Below are positions 28,579 through 38,299 of a stretch of DNA of 64,000 nucleotides, piece after piece; within the stretch, counting starts at the first letter, position 1, and the number at the start of each line of letters is the position of its first letter. The translations under genes and the position numbers were made by a program. Source of the DNA: Mesotaenium endlicherianum (lineage: Eukaryota); contig WELA01000930.1 in the NCBI GenBank assembly GCA_009602735.1, positions 1-64,000 on the forward strand, given 5' to 3'. Under the pieces are notes generated by a model. It was given only the letters and a program-made list of their open reading frames with translations. It did no database searches and was not told the DNA's origin.

Positions 28579-29376
28579 ATGTATTCTCCCCTGCAACTAG
28601 GCATCAAATACCTGAAATATTATGCAACAGCATCCAACGGAAAGGGGCATGGGGTGCATTCGCCTTTTGTATTTGAATTCATCACCCGGGTGCTGAACGA
28701 CGACCGGCAGTTTTATGCCTATCAACCCATAGAGAACCTGCGCAAGTTATTGCTGGCCGATACCAGAACGGTTGCTGTAAAAGACCTTGGAGCAGGGTCA
28801 CGTGTAGAAAAAACACAAAGCCGGTTGGTGAAACAGATAGCGCATTCATCGCTCAAACCCGCACGCTTCAGCCAGTTGCTGTTTCGCATGGTGGATTTTT
28901 ATCAGCCACGCATTGTGCTGGAAATGGGTACTTCCCTGGGCGTTACCACTGCTTATCTTGCTGCTGCTGGCAACAATGCACGGATCATTACAATGGAAGG
29001 GGCCGGAGAAGTGGCCGCGCTGGCAAAAAAGAATTTTGAAAAACTGCAGATCAGTAATGCAGAAATGCTGGAAGGTAATTTCGATGATACCCTGCCGGGC
29101 TTGCTGGACCGCGAAAAGCGACTTGATTTTGTATTCATTGACGGCAATCACCGTTACGAGCCCACAGTGCGTTATTTTCACCAACTCTTGCCGGCCTTAC
29201 ACGAATACAGCATACTGGTTTTTGACGATATACACTGGAGCAAAGAGATGGAACAGGCATGGAATGATATCTGCAAACACGAGGCGGTTAACCTGACGAT
29301 CGACCTGTTTTTCATCGGGTTGGTTTTTTTCAGGAAAGAGAACAGGGAAAAGCAACATTTTAGCATTCGTTTTTGA
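28579..29376 (+). CDS. Class I SAM-dependent methyltransferase
   Basis: GHGVHSPFVF, LEMGTSLG, FIDGNH, FDDIHWS. Confidence 0.85.
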   Translation: MYSPLQLGIKYLKYYATASNGKGHGVHSPFVFEFITRVLNDDRQFYAYQPIENLRKLLLADTRTVAVKDLGAGSRVEKTQSRLVKQIAHSSLKPARFSQLLFRMVDFYQPRIVLEMGTSLGVTTAYLAAAGNNARIITMEGAGEVAALAKKNFEKLQISNAEMLEGNFDDTLPGLLDREKRLDFVFIDGNHRYEPTVRYFHQLLPALHEYSILVFDDIHWSKEMEQAWNDICKHEAVNLTIDLFFIGLVFFRKENREKQHFSIRF

Positions 29377-29408
29377 TATCTGAACGAAAAAAAGCATAAT
29401 TTGAATCC

Positions 29409-30545
29409 ATGATTGTTGGAATACTGAAAGAGCAGCATGGCGACAAGCGAGTTTCTCTCTTACCTGAACAGGCACAGGCATTGGCAGCAAAAAAAGTGCA
29501 GGTAATGGTTGAGTCTAATGCAGGCGCTGCTGCCTTCGCTTCCGACGATGCGTATCGTGCCGTACATATTCCAACCGTATCGCGAAAAGAGTTATTACAA
29601 CAGAGCGATGTACTCCTTTCCATTCATCCGTTAAGCACCACAGACCTGGAACTGATCAAACCGCATGCTGTTGTCATTGGTGTTTTTCAACCCCTGTTTA
29701 ACCATGCATTGATGAAAGAATGGGCACAGCGTTCGCTCACTACATTCAGCCTCGATATGATTCCCCGCACCACACGTGCACAAAGCATGGATGTGTTGAG
29801 CAGCCAGGCAAATATTGCCGGCTACCGCTCTGTATTGCTGGCAGCCACTTTGTTTCCCCGTTATTTTCCCATGTTCATGACGGCCGCAGGTAGCATTGCG
29901 CCGGCCAAGGTATTGATATTGGGAGCCGGTGTGGCAGGATTGCAGGCCATTGCTACAGCGCGTAGACTCGGAGCAGTAGTTGAAGTGTCGGATACCAGGC
30001 CTGCAGTAAAGGAAGAAGTGATGAGCCTTGGGGCCAAATTTATAGAAGTGGATGGAGCGGCCGATGCTTCCAAAGCAGGGGGCTATGCAGTAGAACAGAC
30101 AGAAGAATACAAACAGAAACAACAGGAGCGATTGGCTGCTTCGGTTGCAAAGTCCGACATCATCATCACAACCGCACAGATACCGGGAAAGAAAGCGCCC
30201 TTATTAATTTCGGAAGCAATGCTGGATACCATGAAACCCGGCAGCGTGATCATAGACCTGGCTGCTTCCACCGGGGGAAATGTATTCGCTGCCCGTAACA
30301 ACGAAACAGTGCAACGCAACGGCGTTACCATTGTTGGCAACAGCAACCTGGCAGCTGATATGCCCTTCGATGCAAGCAAACTCTATGGAAAGAACGTACT
30401 GAACTTTTTACAACTGATCACTGGTGCCGATGCGGAACTCCAACTGAATTTTGACGATGATATTGTAAAAGGAAGCTGCATCACACACGGAGGTAATATC
30501 GTGCACGAAAGAGTGGAACAACTGGTAGGTTCATCATACGCTTAA
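29409..30545 (+). CDS. pntA: NAD(P) transhydrogenase subunit alpha, domain I
   Basis: RAQSMDVLSSQANIAGY, GAGVAGLQA, GGYA. Confidence 0.95.
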   Translation: MIVGILKEQHGDKRVSLLPEQAQALAAKKVQVMVESNAGAAAFASDDAYRAVHIPTVSRKELLQQSDVLLSIHPLSTTDLELIKPHAVVIGVFQPLFNHALMKEWAQRSLTTFSLDMIPRTTRAQSMDVLSSQANIAGYRSVLLAATLFPRYFPMFMTAAGSIAPAKVLILGAGVAGLQAIATARRLGAVVEVSDTRPAVKEEVMSLGAKFIEVDGAADASKAGGYAVEQTEEYKQKQQERLAASVAKSDIIITTAQIPGKKAPLLISEAMLDTMKPGSVIIDLAASTGGNVFAARNNETVQRNGVTIVGNSNLAADMPFDASKLYGKNVLNFLQLITGADAELQLNFDDDIVKGSCITHGGNIVHERVEQLVGSSYA

Positions 30546-30554
30546 TATTGTTTT

Positions 30555-30863
30555 ATGGAAAGTTTTTTCGATTGGGTACACGACAATCATGCGATCATCT
30601 ACATCGTGATCTTATCTATTTTCCTGGGTATTGAAGTGATCGGACGCGTACCGAGCGTGTTGCACACCCCGTTGATGAGCGGCGCCAATGCCATACACGG
30701 CGTGGTGATCATCGGCGCCATTATTGTGATGGGAAGGGTTGACCCCGATAATTACATTGCATTGATCATAGGTTTCCTGGCAGTGATTTTAGGAACGTTG
30801 AATGTGGTGGGAGGTTTTATGGTTACAGACAGGATGCTTGAAATGTTTAAGAAGAAAAAATAG
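30555..30863 (+). CDS. NAD(P) transhydrogenase subunit alpha, membrane part (PntAb)
   Basis: LHTPLMSGANAIHG, NVVGGFMVTDRML. Confidence 0.93.
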   Translation: MESFFDWVHDNHAIIYIVILSIFLGIEVIGRVPSVLHTPLMSGANAIHGVVIIGAIIVMGRVDPDNYIALIIGFLAVILGTLNVVGGFMVTDRMLEMFKKKK

Positions 30864-30865
30864 CT

Positions 30866-32263
30866 ATGGGATTGAGCCTGCTTTCATTCATTTACCTGGT
30901 AGGGTCGGTAACTTTTATCCTGGGGTTGAAGATGTTATCGCATCCCGATACGGCCAGGAAAGGCAACCTGGTAGCCGCGGCCGGCATGACGCTGGCCATT
31001 ATCGGCACCATTTTCTTGTATGAAGAAAATGGAGAACGGTTGCACAATCACCTGTGGATATTCGGCGGATTGCTCATCGGCAGCATTACCGGATGGATAG
31101 CCGCAAAGAAAGTGAAGATGACGGCCATGCCCGAAATGGTCAGTCTTTTCAATGGAATGGGCGGCGCCTGCGCGGCACTGATTTCCATCAATGAATATGG
31201 TCACCTCGTTGGTCGTGATGCAGCACAAGGAACCCTGCTTACTATTTTATTGGGACTGATCATAGGATCGGTATCGTTTGCCGGCAGTATCATTGCCTGG
31301 GGTAAACTGAACGGCCGCATCAAAGATTTTGCTTTCAAAGGACAACAGATAGGCAATATCATATTGCTGTTGTTGACGCTGGCTGCGGCAGCATACCTGC
31401 TCTTCAACCTGAACAACGATAATTATTGGTTGTTCTATATCATTTTTGTTGCAGCATTGGTATATGGTGTAATGTTTGTGCTACCCATCGGTGGCGCCGA
31501 TATGCCGGTCGTGATCTCTTTATTGAACTCTTTCACAGGCGTAGCAGCTGCCTGCGGCGGATTCCTGTATAATAACCAGGTGATGCTTACCGGAGGTATA
31601 TTGGTAGGCGCTGCCGGTACCCTGCTTACGATGCTCATGTGCAAAGCCATGAACCGCAGTCTTACCAATGTGCTCATCGGTTCTTTTGGCGGCAGCAGTG
31701 CCGCTGCGGCAGGTACCAAAGGAGAACAGGGTAGCTACAAAGAAATATCCCTGTCAGATGCTGCTGTATGTATGAGCTATGCCAATAAAGTGATGATCGT
31801 GCCTGGTTACGGTCTTGCAGTGGCACAGGCGCAACATGTATGCCATGAACTGGAAAAATTACTGGAAGAAAAAGGAGTGGAAGTGAAATATGCCATTCAC
31901 CCGGTAGCCGGAAGGATGCCCGGACACATGAACGTATTGTTGGCGGAAGCCGATGTGAGTTATGATAAACTGCTTGAAATGGAGCAGGCGAATGACGAAT
32001 TCAAAACCTCCGATGTAGTGTTGGTATTAGGCGCCAATGATGTAGTCAATCCTGCCGCTAAATCAGATCCTGCGTCTCCTATTTACGGAATGCCCATATT
32101 GGAAGTAGAGCAGGCCAAAACGGTTATCGTAAACAAACGAAGCATGAAGCCCGGTTATGCCGGCATTGAAAACGCACTCTTCTTTCAACCCAAAACCTCG
32201 ATGTTGTTTGGCGATGCCAAAGCGGCTTTGCAGAAACTGGTAGCGGAGATCAAGAATGCCTGA
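30866..32263 (+). CDS. pntB: NAD(P) transhydrogenase subunit beta
   Basis: IGGADMPVVISLLNS, HPVAGRMPGHMNVLLAEA. Confidence 0.96.
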   Translation: MGLSLLSFIYLVGSVTFILGLKMLSHPDTARKGNLVAAAGMTLAIIGTIFLYEENGERLHNHLWIFGGLLIGSITGWIAAKKVKMTAMPEMVSLFNGMGGACAALISINEYGHLVGRDAAQGTLLTILLGLIIGSVSFAGSIIAWGKLNGRIKDFAFKGQQIGNIILLLLTLAAAAYLLFNLNNDNYWLFYIIFVAALVYGVMFVLPIGGADMPVVISLLNSFTGVAAACGGFLYNNQVMLTGGILVGAAGTLLTMLMCKAMNRSLTNVLIGSFGGSSAAAAGTKGEQGSYKEISLSDAAVCMSYANKVMIVPGYGLAVAQAQHVCHELEKLLEEKGVEVKYAIHPVAGRMPGHMNVLLAEADVSYDKLLEMEQANDEFKTSDVVLVLGANDVVNPAAKSDPASPIYGMPILEVEQAKTVIVNKRSMKPGYAGIENALFFQPKTSMLFGDAKAALQKLVAEIKNA

Positions 32264-32290
32264 CTTTCTATCATTGCGCCATTTTCACAT

Positions 32291-32298
32291 TACATTTG
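32291..32298 (+). promoter_or_regulatory. -7 box directly upstream of the rRNA methyltransferase ATG
   Basis: TACATTTG followed by 3 nt and then ATG. Confidence 0.55.
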
Positions 32299-32301
32299 TA
32301 G

Positions 32302-33663
32302 ATGACCCTTCCCCAGTCATTCCTGGATTCGCTGGAAAAAGCAAAAGGCTTCGACCGGGTTGCTTTTGAAGCAGCGCATACAACCGGTGAACAGGTAACT
32401 TCTATCAGGCGGAATCCTTTCAAAAAGGAAAATAATGCTTCGTTACCCGAAGGAGTGCAGGTGCCCTGGTGTCTGCAAGGTCTGTACCTTGAAGAACGCC
32501 CCTCTTTCACATTCGATCCGGCTTTTCATGCGGGCGCTTATTATGTACAGGAAGCCAGCAGTATGTTCATCTGGTATGTGCTGGAACAGTTGATTGGCGG
32601 TAAAACGGCCGGAAAAAAAGTGCTGGACCTTTGTGCTGCGCCGGGAGGCAAAAGTACATTGCTCAGTACTTATTTTAAAGACGGATTGCTCGTGGCCAAC
32701 GAAGTGATCAAAACACGCGCGGCTGTGTTGGTGGAAAACATCACCAAATGGGGAACAACGCCTGTGGTTGTTACGAATAACGACCCGGTACATTTTCAAT
32801 CACTGCCTGCTTATTTCGATGTAATGATGGTGGATGCGCCTTGCAGCGGCAGCGGCCTTTTCCGGAAAGATCCTTCGGCCATAGCGGAATGGAGTGAAGA
32901 CAATGTGCAGTTGTGCAGCCAGCGGCAACAAAGGATACTGGCCGATGTGCTGCCTGCACTCAAACAGGATGGATTGCTCCTGTATTCTACCTGTTCTTAT
33001 TCGGTGGAAGAAGATGAAGCGATTGCCGATTGGCTCGTTGATGAAATGGGCATGGAATCTGTGCAACTGCAATTACCGGCAGCATGGGCTATTGTAGAAA
33101 CCAATTCTCCCCGGCATCAGGCAAAGGGTTATCGTTTCTATCCCGATAAAATAAAAGGAGAAGGTTTTTTTATAAGTGTATTCCGGCAAAAGAAAGGTAT
33201 CGTTGGTGCAGGAAAGAAACAAAAGGAACCGGCTTTACCCCAACCATCCCGGCAAGAGATGCAAATGCTGCAGGCATTCATGCCGAACCTGACCGATGTT
33301 GTTTTTTTCAAACAGGCAGATGCCATTCGTTGTATATCCGAGCCTTGGTGGCAGGACCTGAAACTGTTGGCGGGTCAGTTGTATATTAAAAAAGCAGGAA
33401 CAGAACTGGGCAGCATCAAAGGGCGTGATATCGTTCCATCGCATGAACTGGCATTAAGTTTGTTACCCATCGATCATTTCCCGGCTATTGATTTGCCAAG
33501 GGAAGAGGCTTTACAATACCTCCGCCGGAAAGAGTTCCGGGTAGATGCCAAACATGGATGGAATATAATAAGATATGACCATTTGCCGTTAGGATGGGTG
33601 AAAATATTACCGAACCGCATCAATAATTACTACCCGGCAGCATGGAGAATATTAAAAGATTAG
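32302..33663 (+). CDS. RsmF/NOL1-NOP2-Sun family rRNA m5C methyltransferase
   Basis: YVQEASSM, DLCAAPGGKS, DAPCSG, YSTCS, NNYYP. Confidence 0.9.
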   Translation: MTLPQSFLDSLEKAKGFDRVAFEAAHTTGEQVTSIRRNPFKKENNASLPEGVQVPWCLQGLYLEERPSFTFDPAFHAGAYYVQEASSMFIWYVLEQLIGGKTAGKKVLDLCAAPGGKSTLLSTYFKDGLLVANEVIKTRAAVLVENITKWGTTPVVVTNNDPVHFQSLPAYFDVMMVDAPCSGSGLFRKDPSAIAEWSEDNVQLCSQRQQRILADVLPALKQDGLLLYSTCSYSVEEDEAIADWLVDEMGMESVQLQLPAAWAIVETNSPRHQAKGYRFYPDKIKGEGFFISVFRQKKGIVGAGKKQKEPALPQPSRQEMQMLQAFMPNLTDVVFFKQADAIRCISEPWWQDLKLLAGQLYIKKAGTELGSIKGRDIVPSHELALSLLPIDHFPAIDLPREEALQYLRRKEFRVDAKHGWNIIRYDHLPLGWVKILPNRINNYYPAAWRILKD

Positions 33664-33692
33664 ATTTGCAACATTGCAATCCACAGAAACGT

Positions 33693-34664
33693 ATGAAAAA
33701 TTTTGGTTGGCTGATCGTTTGTTTTTTTGTTGTGAGTACCGCGCAGGCCCAGGAAAAACTGGTAGCCCTGGGGAAAGCGCCTGCGCTCTATGTTAAACAT
33801 AAAGTGGCCGGAGGAGAAGTACTGTCAGGTATTGCCAGTCATTATGGAACCACTTCCATACAGTTGGCCAAATTCAACGGCATCAAAGTAGCTACCCTGC
33901 TCAAAAAAGGAATGATCCTGAAGATACCCCTTACGCGCAATAACCTGGCGCAGGGGCAGTCAGCCAGCTTCAACGAACCGGTGTATCACACGGTTGCCAA
34001 AGGAGATAATCTTTTTCATATCAGCCAGTCGTTCAATAATGTGAACATACAATTACTGCGCGACTGGAACGGTTTGAAAAGAGATGTTATCCGCGATGGA
34101 CAGTTGTTGATCGTAGGCTATCTCAAAGGAGGAAAAAGAAATGAAGTGGCGGCTGCTCCGGCTGTAACAGCACCAGTTGATGCACCTCCTGCATCTGTTA
34201 ATACCAGCACACCTGCTCCGGTTGCGAAGAAAAACCAGCAACCACCGGTTACAGAACCGAAAAAAGAATCGGTTGAAGTAAAAAACGAAGCGCCGCAACA
34301 ACAGACTGCCAATGCCGATATCAAATACGACCCCAAACCGGGTGATGAAGGATATTTCGCACTTCAATTTGCCAACCACCCCGAGACAGCGACGCAGCAA
34401 TTCCATTCGGGTGATGCGGGCATTTTTAAGACCATCAGCGGGTGGACAGACCGTAAGTTTTATGTGTTGATGAATGATGTGCCTCCGGGAACCATTGTTC
34501 GCATCACTTCTACTAGCAACAAAAGTATTTGCGCCAAAGTGCTCGACAAACTCGTGGAAACCAAAGGAGGGGCGGGCTTGTTGCTGCGCATGAGTAATGC
34601 GGCGGCTGTGGCGCTCGACATGACGGATGGTAAATCGACGGTTTCCGTTACTTATTTTGAATAA
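33693..34664 (+). CDS. LysM x2 peptidoglycan-binding protein with C-terminal DPBB/RlpA-like domain
   Basis: Signal peptide; HKVAGGEVLSGIA and HTVAKGDNLFHIS LysM repeats; PGTIVRIT...MSNAAAVAL. Confidence 0.75.
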   Translation: MKNFGWLIVCFFVVSTAQAQEKLVALGKAPALYVKHKVAGGEVLSGIASHYGTTSIQLAKFNGIKVATLLKKGMILKIPLTRNNLAQGQSASFNEPVYHTVAKGDNLFHISQSFNNVNIQLLRDWNGLKRDVIRDGQLLIVGYLKGGKRNEVAAAPAVTAPVDAPPASVNTSTPAPVAKKNQQPPVTEPKKESVEVKNEAPQQQTANADIKYDPKPGDEGYFALQFANHPETATQQFHSGDAGIFKTISGWTDRKFYVLMNDVPPGTIVRITSTSNKSICAKVLDKLVETKGGAGLLLRMSNAAAVALDMTDGKSTVSVTYFE

Positions 34665-34668
34665 CAGT

Positions 34669-35631
34669 TTATGATGCCTGCAACCGGTAACCGCGCAGGA
34701 ATTCGGCTACGGGCATTCTTTTCTTTCCTTCGAGCTGAAGGTCCAGCAAGTGAATAAAGCCATCTTTACAGGCAAACTTCAGGTAAGTTTTACCATCGGT
34801 AAATACAGCGCCGGGTATATGTTGGTGATCAACCAGTTCTTTTGAACTTTTGAAGAGTTTCAAAATTTTTCCATCCAGCATGGTCAGTGCGCCGGGAAAG
34901 GGAGAAAGGCCGCGGATGCGATTGTGGATCTGTGCTGCTGTCTCCGTCCAGTTGATGCGACAATCTTCTGTAAACAGCTTGGGCGCATGCTTTAATTGAT
35001 CCGGTCCGGGGAACGCCGATTGATCTTTTTCTTCCAATGATCCGTCCAGTAAACTTTGTAAAGTTTCTACCAACAAGGAGGCGCCGATGATTTTCATGCG
35101 ATCGTGTACTTCGCCCGCTGTTTCATCTTCACCAATAGGAAAACTTTTTTGCAGCAATATATTGCCCGTGTCGATCGCATGCTGCAATTTGAAAGTGGTA
35201 ACACCGGTAGTTGTTTCTCCGTTGATGATGGCCCAGTTGATGGGAGCGGCGCCACGGTATTGAGGCAACAAAGAACCATGTACATTGATGGTACCCACAG
35301 GAGGCATATTCCAAACGGCCTCCGGTAACATCCGGAACGCTACTACTATTTGAACATGTGCCTGCAAAGCGCTGAGCGCTGCCAGGAAAGCAGGGTCTCT
35401 CAGCTTTTCGGGTTGCAATACTGTCAACCCTTTTTCAAGCGCATATTTTTTTACGGCGCTGGTGGTTGGTTTCATACCTCTGCCGGCAGGTTTATCGGGA
35501 GCCGTCACAACACCCACCACCGAAAATCCGGCGTTGAGCAATGCATCCAATGAAGCCACGGCGAACTCCGGAGTACCCATGAATACAATACGTAAATCCT
35601 TCCTGGTGAGGGGCGAAAGGGTATTTGTCAT
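34669..35631 (-). CDS. fmt: Methionyl-tRNA formyltransferase
   Basis: IVFMGTPEFA, NVHGSLLPQYRGAAPI, DTG. Start at the ATG at 35631. Confidence 0.97.
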   Translation of the reverse strand: MTNTLSPLTRKDLRIVFMGTPEFAVASLDALLNAGFSVVGVVTAPDKPAGRGMKPTTSAVKKYALEKGLTVLQPEKLRDPAFLAALSALQAHVQIVVAFRMLPEAVWNMPPVGTINVHGSLLPQYRGAAPINWAIINGETTTGVTTFKLQHAIDTGNILLQKSFPIGEDETAGEVHDRMKIIGASLLVETLQSLLDGSLEEKDQSAFPGPDQLKHAPKLFTEDCRINWTETAAQIHNRIRGLSPFPGALTMLDGKILKLFKSSKELVDHQHIPGAVFTDGKTYLKFACKDGFIHLLDLQLEGKKRMPVAEFLRGYRLQAS

Positions 35632-35730
35632 GCTGCAAAAGTAGCCGTTAGTTGATGAAACCAAAATAGTTCTCCTTACATGCAGCCCCGATTGTACTTT
35701 TACACATAATTTAATGACAATACAAGACAC

Positions 35731-36186
35731 ATGCAACAAGTAAAAAAAGGTGATAAAGTAAAAGTGCATTATCACGGTAAATTAACCGATGGTACCACAT
35801 TTGATTCTTCAGCGGGAAGGGAGCCACTTGAATTTGAAGTGGGAGGCGGAATGGTGATACCTGGTTTCGACAATGGTGTTACAGGAATGGCCATTGGAGA
35901 GAAAAAGACCATTCATATTCCGGTAGCCGAAGCATACGGACCCAAGCAGGAAGATATGATCATGGATTTTCCCAAAGACCGTTTCCCTGACGATATGGTA
36001 CCGGAAGTGGGCATGCAATTGAACATGAGCAATGGTGCAGGACAACATATCCCGGTACGTATTGTTGCAATAAAAGATGAGGTGGTGGTATTGGATGCCA
36101 ACCATCCGCTGGCGGGAGAAGATCTCGTCTTCGACCTGGAATTGGTAGCGATCGAAGGAGGAAGTCCTTTGATCATCATGCCCTGA
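35731..36186 (+). CDS. slyD: FKBP-type peptidyl-prolyl isomerase (SlyD/FkpB-like)
   Basis: [22 protein letters not shown]. Confidence 0.85.
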   Translation: MQQVKKGDKVKVHYHGKLTDGTTFDSSAGREPLEFEVGGGMVIPGFDNGVTGMAIGEKKTIHIPVAEAYGPKQEDMIMDFPKDRFPDDMVPEVGMQLNMSNGAGQHIPVRIVAIKDEVVVLDANHPLAGEDLVFDLELVAIEGGSPLIIMP

Positions 36187-36238
36187 TAAAAAAAAGCGTG
36201 AGGAGTATCTATTGATCCATCTCCTCACGCTTTTTTAT
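36187..36238. terminator. Bidirectional terminator between convergent genes
   Basis: AAAAAAGCGTGAGGAG...CTCCTCACGCTTTTTT perfect stem. Confidence 0.85.
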
Positions 36239-36252
36239 AGCCCAACTAACGC

Positions 36253-36801
36253 TCAGCTCTTTTTCTTCATCCACCATCCCAGCCAGATACCTGTTACGCC
36301 CCAAGCTACCAAAGCATCGATCAGGTGCGCATTGATATCTTTCGTCTGGAACCAGATATGCATCGTATATGCCGAGTTGAGGAACACGATCAACCCGATA
36401 AACACAGAAGAAAGGAAGATGGTTCCGAACGACGGACCATTCAGTTTGGAGAATATCCAGCAAGCCAGCCATACCATCACCAGGTTTACCAAAAATCCTC
36501 TTCCCATATTGCTGCCCATGTCACTCTTCATGGCCTTATGATAATAAACCTGTGCCCATGGTTTACCCGTAGCCGCTTCACCCATTTTTTTCTGGTCTTC
36601 CATGGAAGTTCCGTCAGGGAAAGAAGGCAGCATATAAGCGCCATCTTCTGAGAATTGAGCGCTGAGGTAACTCAGGATACTGTCCTGCTTCGGCGTATAC
36701 TGTGCACCTTGTCTGTGCAAACCGGTTACCGTCCAGGAAAGGAACTGCCAGAGAAAAATGATGATGGCGCCTACGAGGGCGCCGACGATGGTTTTTTTCA
36801 T
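36253..36801 (-). CDS. Hypothetical four-TM membrane protein
   Basis: Four hydrophobic segments; ends at the bidirectional terminator. Confidence 0.7.
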   Translation of the reverse strand: MKKTIVGALVGAIIIFLWQFLSWTVTGLHRQGAQYTPKQDSILSYLSAQFSEDGAYMLPSFPDGTSMEDQKKMGEAATGKPWAQVYYHKAMKSDMGSNMGRGFLVNLVMVWLACWIFSKLNGPSFGTIFLSSVFIGLIVFLNSAYTMHIWFQTKDINAHLIDALVAWGVTGIWLGWWMKKKS

Positions 36802-36855
36802 ATATAGGGGTTTGGTTATGCAAACAAAATAAACAATGTGATTGGCTTTTGCAAT

Positions 36856-36949
36856 AGTTGTTAGATGTTAGTTGATAGTTGTCAGATGTTGTTTATTTTG
36901 TACGGGTAATGAAATTTTTCTAACAACTAACATCCAACAACTGACAACT
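36856..36949. repeat. Inverted arrays of 7-mer tandem repeats
   Basis: Five AGWTGWY units (36856-36890) and four complementary RACAWCY units (36922-36949). Confidence 0.75.
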
Positions 36950-36952
36950 CAC

Positions 36953-38200
36953 ATGGCAACTGGTTACCCATACACAGTTACAGAACGATTCCTGCGTTAT
37001 GTGCAGGTAGATACCCAAAGCGATCCGCACAGCAATTCTTTCCCCAGTACCAATAAGCAAAAAGACCTGTCTTCCATATTGGCAGCAGAATTGAAAGCCA
37101 TGGGCATTGAAGATGCCATGATGGACGAATATGGGTATGTATATGCCACGATTCCTGCTACTACTTCGAAACCAGTGCCTGTCATTTGTTTCTGCAGTCA
37201 CGTAGATACAGCGCCGGATTGCAGCGGTACAGGTGTAAAGCCGATCCTGCACGAATCTTATGATGGCAGGGATATTGCATTGCCCGATGACCAGGAACAG
37301 ATAATCCGTGTTGCAACCTATCCTTATCTCAAAACACATATTGGCCAGCCTGTGATCACGGCCAGTGGCACCACTTTGCTGGGTGCTGATGATAAAAGCG
37401 GCGTAGCCATCATCATGGACCTGGCGCATTACCTGGTTACGCATCCTGAAATAAAGCATGGTACCATCAAATTGTTATTCACGCCCGATGAAGAAGTTGG
37501 ACAAGGTACGGCCAAACTCGATCTGTCAAAATTGGGAGCATCCGTTGCCTATACATTGGACGGAGGTGAGCTGGGTAGTTTTGAAGATGAAACTTTCAGC
37601 GCAGATGGTGTGCGTATTACGGTACAAGGTGTCATTGCACATCCAGGTTATGCAAAGAACAAACTGGTAAATGCCTTGAAGATCGCAGGAGAGATACTCG
37701 CTGCATTACCTAAGAACGAATGGGCTCCTGAGGTTACGGAGAAACGGGAAGGATTTGTACATCCTGTTGGCATAAATGGAATTGCTGAGAAAGCAACGAT
37801 CGAATTCATTGTGCGTGATTTTGATACTGCGAAACTGGCAGTATATGAAAACAGGTTGAAGCAGATGGCAATAGCCGTGCTGGGTCAATATCCTGGCGCC
37901 ACCATGGAATTTGAAGTAACGGAACAGTACCGGAACATGAAAGAAATACTGGACCTGCATCCGCACATCAGTGCATATGCAGCTGAAGCCTACCGGCGCG
38001 CGGGAGTGGATATGATCAAAGAACCCATCCGGGGCGGAACAGATGGCAGCCGGCTGAGCTTTATGGGATTGCCCTGTCCGAATATTTTCACCGGCATGCA
38101 AGCCATTCACAGCAAACACGAATGGATCGGTGTGCGTGATATGGAAAAAGCGGTTGATGTGTTGACGCAGCTTGTGCAGGTATGGGAAGAGCGATCCTGA
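36953..38200 (+). CDS. pepT: Peptidase T (M20B tripeptide aminopeptidase)
   Basis: SHVDT, LGADDKSG, FTPDEEVG, IRGGTDG, HS. Confidence 0.95.
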   Translation: MATGYPYTVTERFLRYVQVDTQSDPHSNSFPSTNKQKDLSSILAAELKAMGIEDAMMDEYGYVYATIPATTSKPVPVICFCSHVDTAPDCSGTGVKPILHESYDGRDIALPDDQEQIIRVATYPYLKTHIGQPVITASGTTLLGADDKSGVAIIMDLAHYLVTHPEIKHGTIKLLFTPDEEVGQGTAKLDLSKLGASVAYTLDGGELGSFEDETFSADGVRITVQGVIAHPGYAKNKLVNALKIAGEILAALPKNEWAPEVTEKREGFVHPVGINGIAEKATIEFIVRDFDTAKLAVYENRLKQMAIAVLGQYPGATMEFEVTEQYRNMKEILDLHPHISAYAAEAYRRAGVDMIKEPIRGGTDGSRLSFMGLPCPNIFTGMQAIHSKHEWIGVRDMEKAVDVLTQLVQVWEERS

Positions 38201-38246
38201 AAAAAAAAGGTGGACTCGTTGCAAAACCAAAAGAATGCCTTAGATT

Positions 38247-38267
38247 TAAGTGTTGATTATACATTTA
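38247..38267. promoter_or_regulatory. Putative NrtR/AraR-type operator upstream of GMC1
   Basis: TAAGTGT-TGATTAT-ACATTTA, a GT-N7-AC palindrome. Confidence 0.55.
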
Positions 38268-38299
38268 ACATCAACAATCTTATCTAAAATATCATTGCT

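Noticed and set aside
35691..35707. Possible extra NrtR site upstream of slyD (TTGTACTTTTACAC)
   Set aside because: The spacing is GT-N6-AC, not N7. It is better explained as a -7-like box (TACTTTTA).
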